A stretch of 61,329 bases of DNA, filler included, from Hausera hauseri (GCA_046269625.1; 12 parts of 12 records of this genome joined end to end with filler, not necessarily neighbours in it), one strand, 5' to 3'; counted from the first letter of the whole stretch, positions 23,601 to 38,000 are shown. Notes: generated from the sequence alone by a model not told the origin. Made by a program: numbers and translations.

Positions 23601-24043
23601 TCAAGGTCGGACGAGACGCCAAACGACGCTGTCTTTTGTGTCCTGTCTCGTAGATGTAAAGGGCATAAGGACGCGTTGCATGGATCCCTCACTTACTTTA
23701 ATTATGATAAAATAAATGACGCAGAACCCACGAGTGTTACTAAAACGTCTTGTTGCACGTTATATGTGAATTCTCTGATGGAGTTACATTTAATAAACTC
23801 CTCAATGTTTGCGAACAGCGGTGGAAATCCAAATGAATTGAAATAGTGATATGTACCAACACCGTCCCATAGGGCTACCCAGTGCATACTGGGACAGCTG
23901 GTAGAATCTATATTTACGACGAATGCTGCTAGTTTCATAGGGTCAATTCATTTATGTAGCAATTTGCGAGACAATACTTTGATGGGATGTCGGTGGACGA
24001 AAATATCAGATTGTAGAATTCCATGTATCTGACGAGCCTTCAT
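23601..24043 (-). pseudogene. Maverick adenain-like cysteine protease
   Basis: FVVNIDSTSCPSMHWVALW...YFNSFGFPP...FSNTRGFCVIYFI with one stop and one frameshift. The position of the catalytic Cys appears mutated. Confidence 0.88.
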
Positions 24044-24046
24044 CTT

Positions 24047-25232
24047 TTAAGCGGGGTAATCCATTAACACTTATCTCGTTTTTAAAATTTCAATTATAGA
24101 GTATTATTTGGCTTACACAACAACTTATAAATGATCCAATTTAATTCTAACTAAAGAGGTCCGTTTTTCGCAAATTCAAACTGGCCACCATCGAAAATAC
24201 TGGGACTTAAAACTAGATTCGTTCAAAAAATTCTCTGGCATGATGGTTATTTTCAAAATCCGCCATTAACGGCTTCCCTGTGACCATCCGCCCGGCAACG
24301 GTTATATTTAAATATGTTCAGCGAAAGTGTTGGAACTTGAACAGATTATTTTTGTAAGTACTATTAAAGGCTGTGGAATTAACTATTCCGACATAATGGG
24401 TGTGGGCGTGTGACTGAGGAAAAGGTTGTCTTGAATGTGCAACAACATTCCTCTGGGAATGGACAATGTCTTTGTCACGACTTGTTTGGTGGGGTATTTT
24501 GCGTTCGCTGTAGTCAAGGCTTTTTTGTGGGCTAGAGAAATGGCTGGATTTAATTTGGCTTTCCTGACCACCAGGACGGCGGACGTTATAATTGATTTAT
24601 AACCGAGCGCGGGGTCGTCGGCTATGACGTTGAACGAGTCTTTAGAAGGGGTGAGTTTGATCTTTACGTCCACACCGTTCAGCATTGGGTGAAAATGTCG
24701 CAGTGTAACTTTCCCATCATATCCACTTTTCGACTACCCGCAGCAAACTCACGACGCGTTTTCAGTCCCGCATTTGAATCGGCTTTAGCTTCATCAAACA
24801 ATTTTGGCGTGTTATTGTAGTATAGAGCTACCGTCAGGTGACCCCTTTTGGCTTCGCGACTGTAATTTAAAACGGACTTGAGGTAAGATCTGTAAGGGTG
24901 TGTTTTCACTTGGCGTGATTAACAGGGCCACTTGAGAAAATAAACTGTGCAAATAATTGTTGACCGGGGGCCACTTCAGCACCGTCAGGTAAATTGTCGC
25001 CATTGGCCAAAGCGACTTTGGCTCTCACGTGTACAAGAGTATTAAACAAATCTAGATACTCTTCGCCGTTTCCCGATATTATAAATTCTATGGGTGCCCT
25101 GGGCGCGAGAGAAGCGAGAGGGTGAATTTCTACAAACTGTCCTTCCTCTACCACCGTTTATGTCGGAGGAACGCTAAACAAATCCAAACCTGAATGGAGA
25201 CACTCGCACGAGCCGGGGTGTATCAAAACCAT
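24047..25232 (-). pseudogene. Maverick major capsid protein (hexon/PY)
   Basis: SCECLHSGLDLFSVPPT...PIEFIISGNGEEYLDL...NNYLHSLFSQV...PYRSYLKSVLNY...LNGVDVKIKL, with several frameshifts. Confidence 0.92.
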
Positions 25233-25237
25233 GTCCT

Positions 25238-25713
25238 TTAATCAAAGATGTCTGAATGCTTCTTTCCTCGTCGTTTCTTGGACTCGTTGTGAGAACTGTT
25301 CTGGACGAATGCTGGTTTTATTCTTTTATTAACGGGTTCGCCTGGCGGTGCGGCTTTTCTTATACGACGCATGCCGCCACCCGATTGGTAACCGGTCACG
25401 TGATTCACGGCTCTTTGCAACAGCCTCTGTCTGGCCTCTTTGGCTCGATCTCGGAAGGATTCGCAGACATTTCTACATGTTAATGAGTCCTGGGCCACTT
25501 GCAAACCCATCCCGACTCCTTCCCTGATTATAGCTTTGCCACCTGTCTTTAACCACAGGAGTATCATTCAACCCAACCTACTAAAGAAACTACTGATGCC
25601 TCTTCCGCGTTGACTTCTACTGCCGACAAAAACGGAAATTCCATCTCCTGCTTGACTGCTGCAAAAGTCTTCATAAACTTAGCGCTTCGATGAAAAGGAG
25701 TGCGTCTGACCAT
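25238..25713 (-). pseudogene. Maverick pX/core-like protein
   Basis: QAGDG...QRGRGISSFFSRLG*MILLWLKTGGKAI...QSGGG and a basic tail ending DIFD. Typical position between penton and hexon. Confidence 0.8.
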
Positions 25714-25717
25714 TCTT

Positions 25718-26481
25718 TTATTGCAAATCGGAATGTTTCCTGGGTCGAAAATGTAACGTGACCACTGAGGAACCGTTCATGCATGGGATCTTTTGTCCCA
25801 GGTCGTTGGTTAAAAGCATTTCCACGTTGTCAAAGGAAAATCGACTCAGCGGCAGGTAGTGGGGTTTGTCGTAGATCCGAAACACGGAGGTCAAATTTCT
25901 CACCAAAGTGGGGACCGTCCATAACAAACGCACCATGACATCTCCGACGGGTCTCGCTGCAACGATATCATAGTACACGTACACGTTTCGTATGTTGCTA
26001 TCCAAATTGTCCTGCGCCTTACGCAGTTGAAGATGGTCCTGGTCCGTTATGTAGGTTTTTGACAGTCCCAATATATTTTTCAACTTTTCGCTGATGATAA
26101 CGTCCACCCCCGACTCGAATCTTTCCAGTAAGGTGGTTTTCTGCGTTTTGTGGCAATGGATTTTCAACAGGACTGGATCACCTCCCTTCGCGCGTGAGCT
26201 AAACTATCTGCTTAATTCGTCACAAAGATCCGCCGGCGACTTGTAGTGGCCGCAATTTCAAACGACGGTTTGGTGCCGTTCGCGTGTGGAAGGTAATGTA
26301 ACCACACTTCATTCTCTAAGACATTAAAGTAACTGTTTGGAAATTCAGTCTCCACCAAACCCACTTCGTATTGTGAATTCAAGTCTATGGTTTTCGGGAG
26401 TTTCACGTAAAAATGTTCGGGTCCATTATCCGGAAACGTTTTCATGGAGGCGTTGCTTGGCAGCGTCACGTAAAAACTCAT
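25718..26481 (-). pseudogene. Maverick minor capsid protein (penton)
   Basis: FYVTLPSNASMKTFPDN...YEVGLVE N-terminus and VYVYYDIV..VGD..LL..FDKPHY-like..VVTLHFR C-terminus. Frameshift near 26200. Confidence 0.9.
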
Positions 26482-26734
26482 TATTGTTGCGAGTTTGTCT
26501 TTGGGTTAGGTAACAGATAACCGAGAGAACTACACAGTAAAACTATCCACAACTTGTTGTCCTGGTCGTTGCTTGTTGTCAGATTGAAAAGAGACACACC
26601 GATGATGGTATATATTGCCAAAAGTTGCGAAATAAACACAACTTCGACACGAGGAACAAGTTGACCAAAAAAAAAAAATGTAACGGGTCATCTTTCTATT
26701 CTTTCATTGATGGGAGCGGCTTCTTCGGCCATGG

Positions 26735-27400
26735 CTAGTCTTTATGTCTCGAAATGTGTTTTCCCGAATTCCAGCTGTTGAATGATGAATTATAACAGAA
26801 CCATATCACTAAATATTCTTTGACGTCCGCCGTTCGCCTTTCTCATATGATGCTTTCTATTCTGTAAACTTGTTTGTCTCCGACATTTTGGAGCTCTTCG
26901 TTGTAAAATGAACCTAAACGTTTTTCAACAGTGTCGTCTTTGAGCACATAAGTTATCGGATTCGTCGCGTTTATACGAGACACGGTAAACAATTCTTCCG
27001 TCCATGCCGAACTGTAGTCTTTCTTGAAATTTTGTCTGGACTCTGATGCGGTCTCCTGCCGTAAACGCTTTTCTGCCGACCACGACGATCGATGAGTACA
27101 AATTGTTCCACACCACTACTTGGTTATCAGCGTTTACATCAGCAGGGGCCATGCGAATACTACTGTGATAAGACAGGTTGTAATTTAGAAGGAAACCATG
27201 GATCGCGTCTACGTAGCGAAGACCATTTGTTTTGTTAAAGTATTGTCACAAGTTTTCTTTTAACGTTCGATTAAAGCGCTCCGCGATGGCAGCCTTAATG
27301 TCTTCGTTTTCCGTAGTAAAGAAACGCACGCCTCAGTCTTTGAGAAACTTGAGAAATGTTTTGTTGAGAAATTCGCTGCCTTTGTCGGTCTGTAGCACCA
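26735..27400 (-). pseudogene. Maverick retroviral-like integrase (C-terminal half, with chromodomain-like end)
   Basis: LQTDKGSEFLN...AERFNRTLK...YNLSYHSSIRMAP...WTEELF...GSFYNEELQ...YRIESII. Confidence 0.93.
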
Positions 27401-27403
27401 TAG

Positions 27404-27500
27404 TCTTCATCATCATCATCAGATGCCGTGCTGCGAAGCACAGGCTATCATGGATCTCCACCTCTCGCGATTCCTGGTGTCTCCAATCATCTCTGCTGTT
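27404..27500 (-). mobile_element. 3' end of an RTE-clade LINE with (TGA)n tail
   Basis: TRNRERWRSMIACASQHGI* followed directly by TGA repeats. Abuts the Maverick integrase. Confidence 0.75.
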
Positions 27501-29519
27501 NNNNNNNNNNNNNNNNNNNNNNNNNNNNNNNNNNNNNNNNNNNNTTAATTAATTAANNNNNNNNNNNNNNNNNNNNNNNNNNNNNNNNNNNNNNNNNNNN
27601 ACCTGTATTTTGTTAAATGTCTTCTTGTTGATGTTATTATTAAACCTTTTGATTGGTATCACCGTCACTGCTGCGATTGTACAATTGTTGTACCCAAAAT
27701 AACAAATAGTAACAAACTAAATTATTGTCTAAGTTATTGTCTCTCCATTCTTTGAATTTTCATCGTGGACACCTCGGATGTTCTACTATTAAATTAAAAT
27801 GATTGTATTTTCACTTTCTGGACTTTCAGCTTAACTGTGCATGAAAACATTTTATGAAGTAACCGAATATTTAAATAAAATTGAAATCAAATACTCCTCA
27901 GAATCTTAATTAACAAACGATATTAAACATGAGAAGTTAAAAGTTCATTTTCAAAAATCCACAAAACTCAACAACATGCAGTTTTGAAAACCGAATAATC
28001 ATAATTGGAATAATTGCCGGAATCCATCCAAATCAACAAGACCCCAATTGTTAGAAGCAATTTTGAAAATCGCCACGAGCTCTCCGGATATTTTGAAAAC
28101 TCTACACTTTAATTATCGGAGACATTTTGGAAAACTGCTTAGCACATCTGCCGAATGTTTTTAAAAATTCTATGGTAGTCCCCGATACGTCCAATTTGGT
28201 AAATCATTAAAGCAATTTCAAAATTTACCAACGAGATTTCAGGATCCTGCAGCAAATCCGAGAATCCGATTTTAGTAATTACTGGTGAATTTAAATAATT
28301 AGGAAAAATTTAAACAAAAGGGCAGCATGTAAACTGCCGTCACCAAAACAAAACAATACTGAAATATTATTTTTCGATGCAGGTCTTAAGAAAGATTTTT
28401 ACTGTTACGCAATTAATTGGCAGATTTCAAGCCATATTCATTGTAGTTACATTTGGGTCAGTTGAACGGATGTAAATATTCTTCGTCCATTCGTATAGCT
28501 GCAACTCCAAATTCTAGAACCATAATATTCATGATACAAAATTCCTACGAAAGCATAATTGCCATATAAATATCACTACTGATTCCTAATTCTTTGACTC
28601 AACTTATCACCGAAGACTGGCCATTCTATTTCAGAATAGAAGACAATTGACTCAGCACCGAAAGACTGATATTACCGTTAGACCGATACGAGGAAATCAT
28701 TCCATAATCTACCAGCGGATACTCGAAAGAGCAAAACCCTACTAATTAACTAAATTAAAAATCATAATGAACAGTAACGACACAAATATCGAAGGAACTC
28801 GAGGTGGAGAAGACAACATAGGTAAACAGATGTAATAGTCTCGTAAATTATTAGTCTGAGTAAATTGATGGTACTTTTCGAGTTTGTTACTACGATTAAA
28901 TCATAGTATAGTACGCCTCTATGTTACGTAATTTTTTGTATAAAAATAAAAGTTGTTCGATAATAAATCAAATTGATTAATGAATGGTGACCAGTATTGT
29001 ATGATGATAAGTCCACCATTACCAACGAGTCGTTATGCAGCGTTAACGGATGCTCAAAACATGGACCGTTGTTCAACAACCAGTACACCGGAGATTCTAT
29101 ATTATCTTCATTAACACTTGTAATACAATAACTCGTAGTTGTTCTTTACTTTCTCTTAATGAAATCCAACTTAGCTTATTGTAGTATTGATTTATTTTCT
29201 TTGTAAATAATCTTTTCTAATTTGTCGCATAACGATGATTTGAAGCAGTGTCCTTTTTAACGTTCATACAACCCTCACTTATATCATTAGACAATACACG
29301 CATGTTATACAGAACGTAGTAAGAGACGGTTATTTTTCATCATCTATATATCGTTAACTATAAACATCTTGTTAAAATTGTCGACGTATGAAAATATACC
29401 CATTAACCCCTACAAGTTAGTCCTATGACAAAATATATGATATTTACTATCAAAGAATCTTCATAAAGCAGATGGAACATATATGTTGTAATTTATACAA
29501 AATAAGAAAGAACCCCTTC

Positions 29520-30240
29520 TGACCTTTTTGCAACCCAGATGGTTTGGGAAGCCTGGAATTCCATATGTTCTTCAAACCGCCCATATCATCAATGGAGACG
29601 AAATTCGTCAAACTGTTAGACATAGATGGAATGAACCTATCTTCCGTATCTTTGGTAAATACTTTATCCCTCTCTATTTTCCTTTTATCCACAGTTTTCA
29701 TACTGGTCGACGATTCTGTCATTGTAGGAATTATATCCTCCCGCAACATCAGCAACTTCACCGATTTCTTCCTCTCATCCAACTTTCTCACCTGCCTGCT
29801 CAGAGACGCACTCTGCCATCGAGGATTGGAATTGTGTATTCGCTGTTGAATTTGATGTTGGGCAGATTTCGACAGTTTGTTCCGGTCATAAAGAATGTAA
29901 AATGTTTGCTTTGAAGAATCGTTTTCAGAAAGATCTGTATTCAGTTCATTGAAGTCCTTTTCATTTCGAGATTTCATCAATCGAACTGCAGAATTGATTT
30001 CATTCTGAAACGGCGAAGGAACATTAACAAAATCTTTACGTCCAACGGATGTGCCGGAAATGTGATTTGGGAAATTTTGTTTTAGATCCTCAATTGGAAC
30101 GGGTTGAATACAACTAGCAAAACACGCACTTCTACTACGAATAGTCGACATCTCATTGGAACGATATTTACTCTTAAGAGATGACGGTCTGGTTGGAAGG
30201 AACGCGTTGCTTGCGACGTTAATTTTTCCCTGTTTTCCAA
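29520..30240 (-). CDS. Possible host exon encoding a Ser/Lys-rich, likely disordered segment
   Basis: About 240 open codons in AT-rich DNA; no domain recognised. Confidence 0.3.
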
Positions 30241-31745
30241 ACGNNNNNNNNNNAACAAACAGTAGCAACTCGGAATTGATTCATGGTAAAATGTGAAAAT
30301 TGTGAGTTACTGAAGAACAATGAATCAAACAAAACACTGAATTTCCGTTTCACTATTGTTCCACAAAGATGGCAGTCATTGATTGCTACAAAGAATGAGA
30401 GACAGAGAGGTAAAAAATAATCCACTTATCTAAAACAAAATTGAAAACAACAGTTCACAACAGACTGATAGAATCGGTGTTGCAGATATTTCTGATAAGA
30501 CAAAGAAGCATCAATTCAACGATATGTTGACATAGTTAACGGTGCACAGTGATGGTTGATTGGATTAGATTACTTTAAATAATGAATAATTAATATGTAG
30601 TTTGTGATGACGACAGAAAATCATTGACTACAAATGTATGTGTGCGTCTTACGTGTTTCCGTATTTAATTGTTTTTTGTATCTATCATTTTTGACTTTGG
30701 TTGCTAAATTCTCAAATTTCTGATGGTAGAAAATTTTCTAATAATGAGTGAAGAGATGATTTTTGGTAATGATAAATATACAGTTTAACCATATAAAAAT
30801 AATTTTGTTTTCATTCAACATTTCTTTTATATAAATGGAGATGTCATTAAAATGACAATATGGATAAACTCATTACATGAACCTGATTTGTTGTTTATTG
30901 TCGAAGCCCAACGACAAAGGTCTGACATAAATATACATTTTCTCCATCAAGCACAATTTTACCAGAGTAAATTGTCTGTTGACTTGCGTCGGAAACAGCT
31001 TAGTTTTTAATAATCGCTTTTAACTTCCTTCGGTAGCATCTGATATACAAAGAATATGTCGCCATCAAGAAACAGAGTTATAAAACTACCGTTCGAATAT
31101 TCCCTGCAGTACAATACACTGTTATACAATTTTAACTTTTGGAATCCACTGGGTAAAATCGTGAGAATCATCGTTCTGAGAAATTAAATTCAACAACTTA
31201 AGGTACGTTTTTGCTGTGATAGCTTGTGAAATAAAAGCTTTACTTATTTGTAAATAACTAATAATGTATTTCCATATACATAAACAACATTAAATAATTT
31301 TCATATCCTCACACTGCAGTATTATCATCAAGTCTTTTCCTAAATTCGTATCAAAATATGTGGGATTTTTAGTAGGATTTTAATATCACTCTGCATATTC
31401 ATAATACGTTCGTTCTACTGGTTTACATACTAACGTCCACAGTAGGTAGAAGTTGGAAAATCTATATAGAAACAATACAGCAAATTTTCTTTATTTTCAC
31501 ACACTACCCTTAAAAGGAAGTATTATGCCCGTCATCTCACTTCCCACATCAAAACTCATTCCCTTTTACCAACTTCCGACCAAACCCGAATACCCTTGAA
31601 CTTGATCCATAGAGCGTCTTCTTCCCAAGCAGCTTTCCTTTTACTNNNNNNNNNNNNNNNNNNNNNNNNNNNNNNNNNNNNNNNNNNNNTTAATTAATTA
31701 ANNNNNNNNNNNNNNNNNNNNNNNNNNNNNNNNNNNNNNNNNNNN

Positions 31746-32345
31746 TTTTTGCACTGCACAGCATATAGGAAAGTGCATCTCGACATGCTCTATCTACCTG
31801 CACTTGAATACAATCGATTCCCTCAATCCTATGCTGCACAATGACCAATAAGTGAAAAGTGAAAAGTGCCTTCGCAACCGTACCCAAGAGCACACCTGAC
31901 TCGAGTATTGCATTGTACGATAGGACATCAAGTACTGCACCCGCCAGTATTTGTGCCATATTGATATTATTTATTTTCAATTTATATCGGAAAGGCCTGT
32001 GGGGAGTCTGCTCCAGTTGGCAATTATTTGAAAACCACTCAATATATTTAAATTCTAACTGCACATTGGCACAGTCCATCACGTGTGCTTTTGATTGCAC
32101 CCGGTGCCAGGTGCCAATCATCAATATTGGGAATATCGGAAATTTGATATTATTGATTTTTGCACACTTGCACATGTGCTGCACACCTGCACTGTGCACT
32201 AATCGATGTGCACTGACGTGCACTATTGATTAGCACTTTGACCCGATCGATTCGATCAATTGTGCAATGTGCAGCGATCGATTTGTGAAATGTGCAAAAA
32301 TGTGCTTAGCAACGGTCCGTAGCGGCACCGTCACCTAGAACACTA
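31746..32345. repeat. TGCA/ATCGAT-rich repeat, ~1.4 diverged units of ~0.42 kb
   Basis: Internal repetition and homology to 16170-16490. Confidence 0.8.
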
Positions 32346-33296
32346 CCGATCGATAGTGCACAATGTGCATTATCGATTAGCACATATGCACTATATATTT
32401 ATCGACGCGCATACCCCCCGGCAGGGTGGGACAGACTCCCCATTTTTCCCCTACTAACGGGAATTAATAAATTTAATAATTTAAATAATTAATTTAAATA
32501 TTTTTAAATCAAATTTTGTCAAAAATCACCATCAAATCAACAAATATTACAACTTATTCAATTCTATAAATGTCTGAAAATAAATGTTGTACGATGAACC
32601 TACCCCTATTGGAATTCTATGAAAATACCGATATGCACACATACATACATCATACTTAAAATATTGAAACAAAAATCATTTATTACCTCGAATTTCATTC
32701 ATTCTCCCATTGTCAAATTCCTTTGCAACTTCCGTACTGATGCAGTAGTCATCAATAATTAATGAAAAATATTACAATTGTATTTATTGTCTCGTCGAAA
32801 TAAATATGAATGATTAATTTTGTTGGTTGTGAATTTTATGATGGTGATTTCTTTTCTTTGTGGACTTACAGGGGTTTAATTGGGTCGTTTGTAACTGTTT
32901 TGTAAAAATGATTAAGAAAATCGGTACTTATTCATTACACCCCGATACTGTCGTAAATTGTTCATTTTTCTTAGTTTTGATTTACTCTATGTGGAAAATC
33001 CGCAAAACGTTTACTTGGACATTGAAAGAGAGAACAGAAAAAATGTAAAATGGATATAAAGTTGAATGGATTAGTAAAACGGATTTGTAGGTCATATTGT
33101 ACATTTAAGTAAGCTGCTGAACATTATTAATAAAAATTTTGTGTTGTCGACAATTTTCATGTTGAAATTCAATCAAATTTGACTTTGAATAAAAAATCAA
33201 ACTTCCTCATATAACCAAAAAGACGATGCTTAGCATCTGTCAAAAGCATAAAAAAAACTTACGGCATTGCTGAATATGAAATCTATNNNNNNNNNN

Positions 33297-33455
33297 AGTG
33301 TGGTGACCACGTTCTCTAGATTCTGTCTTCTTAAAAAATATAACCAATCGTAGATGCTTGTCTCTTTCTAATTGATAAGCGTTCTTTCTGCATCTGCTTC
33401 GTGTAAATATACCCATTTGTTCCCCTACTGTCCATGGGATTTTCAACATTCTACT
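33297..33455 (-). mobile_element. Degenerate RTE LINE fragment
   Basis: RMLKIPWT then LSIRKRQASTIGYI across a frameshift, matching the RRMLKIPW...IRKRQLxFxGHI motif after the RT domain. Confidence 0.65.
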
Positions 33456-36400
33456 CACACATGAAGGGTCACACTTAAGTGTCCCAAACTCCACTCCAGT
33501 GTTTGTAATTGAAAAGTGCTTTTCGTAAATGCAAACAAATGCGTACATGCAAAATTTATATTATTTCTGTCTATGTATGTGTGTTTGTGAATGAAACTGA
33601 AGGCACTTGTAATATTTTACTTTTGGTAAATGGAATTAGCTTTTGTATAGTGAAATTAACGTTTGATTTCATTGGTGTTTATTTACTTTTATATGCAGCT
33701 CAGTAGGATAAAAATAACGTACTTGATGCTCACAAAGCACCTAGTGTCGATTTTGACACGCTGATTTCACGGAACAGTAAGTCGAGTTTGTTGGATGAAA
33801 GAAAATGGTATAATTTTCGTATGGATAGGTGAGCAAACATGTTTTATACATTGAATTATAGAGTAAGCAAAGATGCATCTACCAATGTAAGTTTCAATTC
33901 AATCGAAGCATAGATGTGCACAGAGTGATATCCGGAAAAATTGTCCAGAACTGGCGGTGGATGTCGGACTGCGGACTATGGATTAAGAAATTCGATATAC
34001 GGATAGGGGAAAAACTAGGAAAAGTTACATGGGTTGTTATCTCAATCCATATGTGTGTGCATCGATCTACTGATTTCGGCCCAATACAAAGTCGGATTGA
34101 TAGAGCCCGACAAGCCACATGCGATGGAGTTAATCGGATTGAAATACAACACGAATCGGTTGAGTAATGGTCGAAAATTCGTAGTCTAAAAGGTCTGTGA
34201 ACGAGGTCAAATTGTATGTCAAACAAATGGACACATTGAGTCAAATATGGTGTTGATAAACGGCATCTCAGCAGTTATGTTAGTTGATTGACGTTCAACT
34301 TTCACTAAAAAATTATTTTTCATTTTTTTATTTTTCATATTATCATTTCAAAAATTTTCATATCCAGAATTCAAATTACTTTTATGAAAATGTCGAGAAA
34401 ACATTTTTTACCATCATTTAAATCGATTATTCTAGAACAAGATTTCCCCATCAAATGAACATGAAATATTCTTGTTCTCATTTTGAAATTTGGTTTTGAA
34501 TGGGCTTTACAAAATTTGATAAGTTTACCTATTGATCAACACAGAAATTTGGGTGTTTTATTGTGATTTGTTAAAAAATATGACAAATGACAATAAATAA
34601 TCAATACAGAAAATTTGAATTTAAAAATTTGAATATTTTGAATATATATATTGAATAAATAAATATAAACAAACGAAAGCAAACGGTGTTACTTACATTA
34701 TTGACTTCATGGTATTCTTGGTGTTGGAAGTGTGTTTCTGGCGTATAAACTGTATATTATTTTATTTATATATGGTAATGGAATGGTGAAAGGAAAAGTA
34801 TAAATATGTTAACAATAGTCACTTACAAAATTGTCGTCGGATTTGATCTACTTTGCACTGAACTGCTCTGTACTATTACGATTTGATTACTTAAGTGGTA
34901 ATATTGTTATTGTTTTCTAATCGATTTTGGTAACGTGGAATTTCATTTATAACCCTTTGTATTAGTTTATGAGTAGTTGGCAATTTACGTATTTGTACTG
35001 CGTTAACTGTATTTCTTACGTGTTTTAGACCTCTATTAAGTTCATTAATATATTTCTATTTTTGTTTATGAGAGTCGTTATCATTTTGCTTTTACCCATA
35101 AGTAATATAATTAAATCAATAAGCGTCCAAAATAAAGCGGATAAATCGCTGATCAGGTCATCTCTACTCGTTGGCAGCCAGTTTAACTCTCAATAAATCT
35201 ATAGGATAATAAACCTTAGTGAGTAACAATAAAATAAAAATACTCATCCTATTACACATCACCTGCTATTACGATAAGTAAGATTCTATACGGATCCCTC
35301 TGCAACACATATTCACGCCTAAATAAACGGGATAATTTTGTTCTCCGCACAAATTTGTATTATTGAAGGAAATAAAAGTCTCACCCAATTAGAACTTGTG
35401 AGAACTAAACAATATAAATACCGGTTGTATTTCGATAAAAAAGAAAGACAATAAGAACGACACACATAAAAGGAAAATTAAAATAGAAAGTTCTTCATTT
35501 TTTAAGATGCGTTCATGGTTGCATGAGTATTGTAAGTTTTATTCATTCTTTTGTTCTTTTGTATTACCGAACCTTATTATTCATTTTAAACCTTATTTTA
35601 TGTCGATTAATAAAGAATTTTTTTTATCTTTGACTTTTCTTGATTTATATATAGAAAGGTGGGTTATTTCATAACATAGACGAATTGAGATCCGAAATGG
35701 TACCTGACGTTTCATTGTACATAATCTTGGATCAAATTGTAATTGGGGTTTGAGATATAACTTATTTAATATAGAATTTCATATCAATGTCTGTTTATTG
35801 TAAATACTCGATGATTTTGATTGTTATTTATTCCTAGGTCATCACTGTAACAATGTATAAATTAACATATCATTAAAACCAGGACCCGCTTTCGGTATGA
35901 CGTCCATTAAGGACGTTTGTCTAAAATTATAGTCAAATAAGGGCGAATCGACTGGTGTGCCTCTTGATATCGGACTCGTACATCAAGCCCAAATAATTTA
36001 GCAACCCAGAGGTTATTACATAGGCAAAATAAAGTTAAAGTTTGATGTCAAGAGACCCAAACCATGTCTGATCATTAAATTTAACATAGTCGTTATATTT
36101 ATTATAAAGATATAAGAATACGTCACAAAAGTTACTTATTACAATAGTGATGAAAAATCAAAATACTCAAATTCAAAATAACGACAAACACATTTTTCAT
36201 GCGCCAGCAATGTTTTAAAAAAAGAGAATGAATAATTACTGGACGTAACTAATGTTACAATTGGCGAATTAAATGATTTTCCGGACTTGGGGATTAAATG
36301 ACAAACAATATTTTGGTTTTTGAAATTCCCTTGAGAACGTAAAAACCGCATCAAATTGTTTCCAAAGCAACTTAAATTTTGAGAGTGTAAAAAACAATTG

Positions 36401-38000
36401 AAATACCAAATTCTTAGACGATTCTTTACCATGTTCATTTCGTATCTTTCATAGCTGCGTATCTTATCAAAAATAATCAAGCCCCTACTATGGGAGATGT
36501 CAGTAAATTGTAAATGGAACGAAAATCCGATAGGTGATATGACAATTGTAGATTTGTCTGGAGAGCTGACTCATCGAATTAAATTAAAAAGCTTTATATT
36601 GAGCATAAACGGATACCATCTACATTATTCTGATCTAGTATCATCCTTTTTACCCCCACCTTGATCGCTAATAATTACTTTATATCCTCGCCTATTCGTT
36701 GGTTCCGAAACGAAATCACCACTAAACACTTCTCAGGAACTNNNNNNNNNNNNNNNNNNNNNNNNNNNNNNNNNNNNNNNNNNNNTTAATTAATTAANNN
36801 NNNNNNNNNNNNNNNNNNNNNNNNNNNNNNNNNNNNNNNNNATATAATTTACATGATGTAAATGACGTGGTTCTTCTTTACTGCCATTAGCTTTGAAATT
36901 TAAGGTGTATTACTAGTGAGCATAATAAGGCATTTAGGATTTCCAACAGCCTATTTGTTGAGAATGTACATGTGCAACAAAAACTCTTATTTTATTTTAT
37001 TATAATTCAGCTTCCAATGTTTGGAGAAATATCACAAGATTACCAAATGAATGAAGTGTGGTGATGAAACTTTTAACTGTCAATTACTTAAAGAATACAA
37101 ACACTAACAGTCGTTAACAAGCACTGCTGGTGGTTGATTAAAGAAATGTGTAGAATTTGTAGATTTTTAGGATCCAAAAGCATTAATATTAAGATCTTGC
37201 TATGTGTAGAGATTCTTCTTAAAATATTGAAGTATTCCCCTAGAATATTTACAGCATTAAACCGTGAGGATTATGGGTTTAAAAAGATTTTACTTACTTT
37301 TTTTGTAAGTCATAAAATGTGCCCTAACATGGTAAACAAAAATATATCTAATGCATGCCAATACTACGTATAGCCACATTACTGACATACATGTACGTTT
37401 TTATTCCACAGTAGATGCAGTTTTACTCTAGATGTGCTCTACGTAGTAAATCCAGAAGAGGGCATCCAAGGAAAAAATGCACAGTGAATTTACTTAGTAA
37501 AACTGTGAAGTTCTATGAGTTACCATTAATTATTTCACTAAAACTTTTTTTGATAAAATTGTGAATTACGAGAAACAAAAATTATAAATAAGTTTCAGTA
37601 GGTACTATTTGTCTGGTGCTTGAATGTGCCTTATACTAAAGTAGCACCATCTAAGACCCACCAGTCAGGAAGCCTGAAAAAAATATAGCAGTTTTTACAA
37701 AAGTGCTGAAAATAGAGGGGAAATGGAAACAATAATTCGCAGTATTTTTTAATCATATTGAATGTAAAATAAATTACACTCCACCAATGGGGTGTCTATA
37801 TACTTTTGGCTATACAGATTAAACCTTTTGCTTTTGTCCAAATATTAACTGAATGATAAAAATACTGAGTGCAGCAGTGATCGTCAGCACATTCTTATTC
37901 ATTTTGTGACGTCATAATGATGACATAACCACATTCTAAGAATTCTGAGCTGTATTAGTGCTCACTTTGACTCGACTCACTGAAGCATGCAGCAGCAAAA

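Larger units (their letters stand above)
23601..27400 (-). mobile_element. Maverick/Polinton remnant, family A (integrase-penton-pX-hexon-adenain)
   Basis: Five co-oriented hallmark genes, each decayed by stops or frameshifts. Confidence 0.93.

Noticed and set aside
35840-36741. Degenerate coding-like region
   Set aside because: Many stops in every frame and no recognisable motif.
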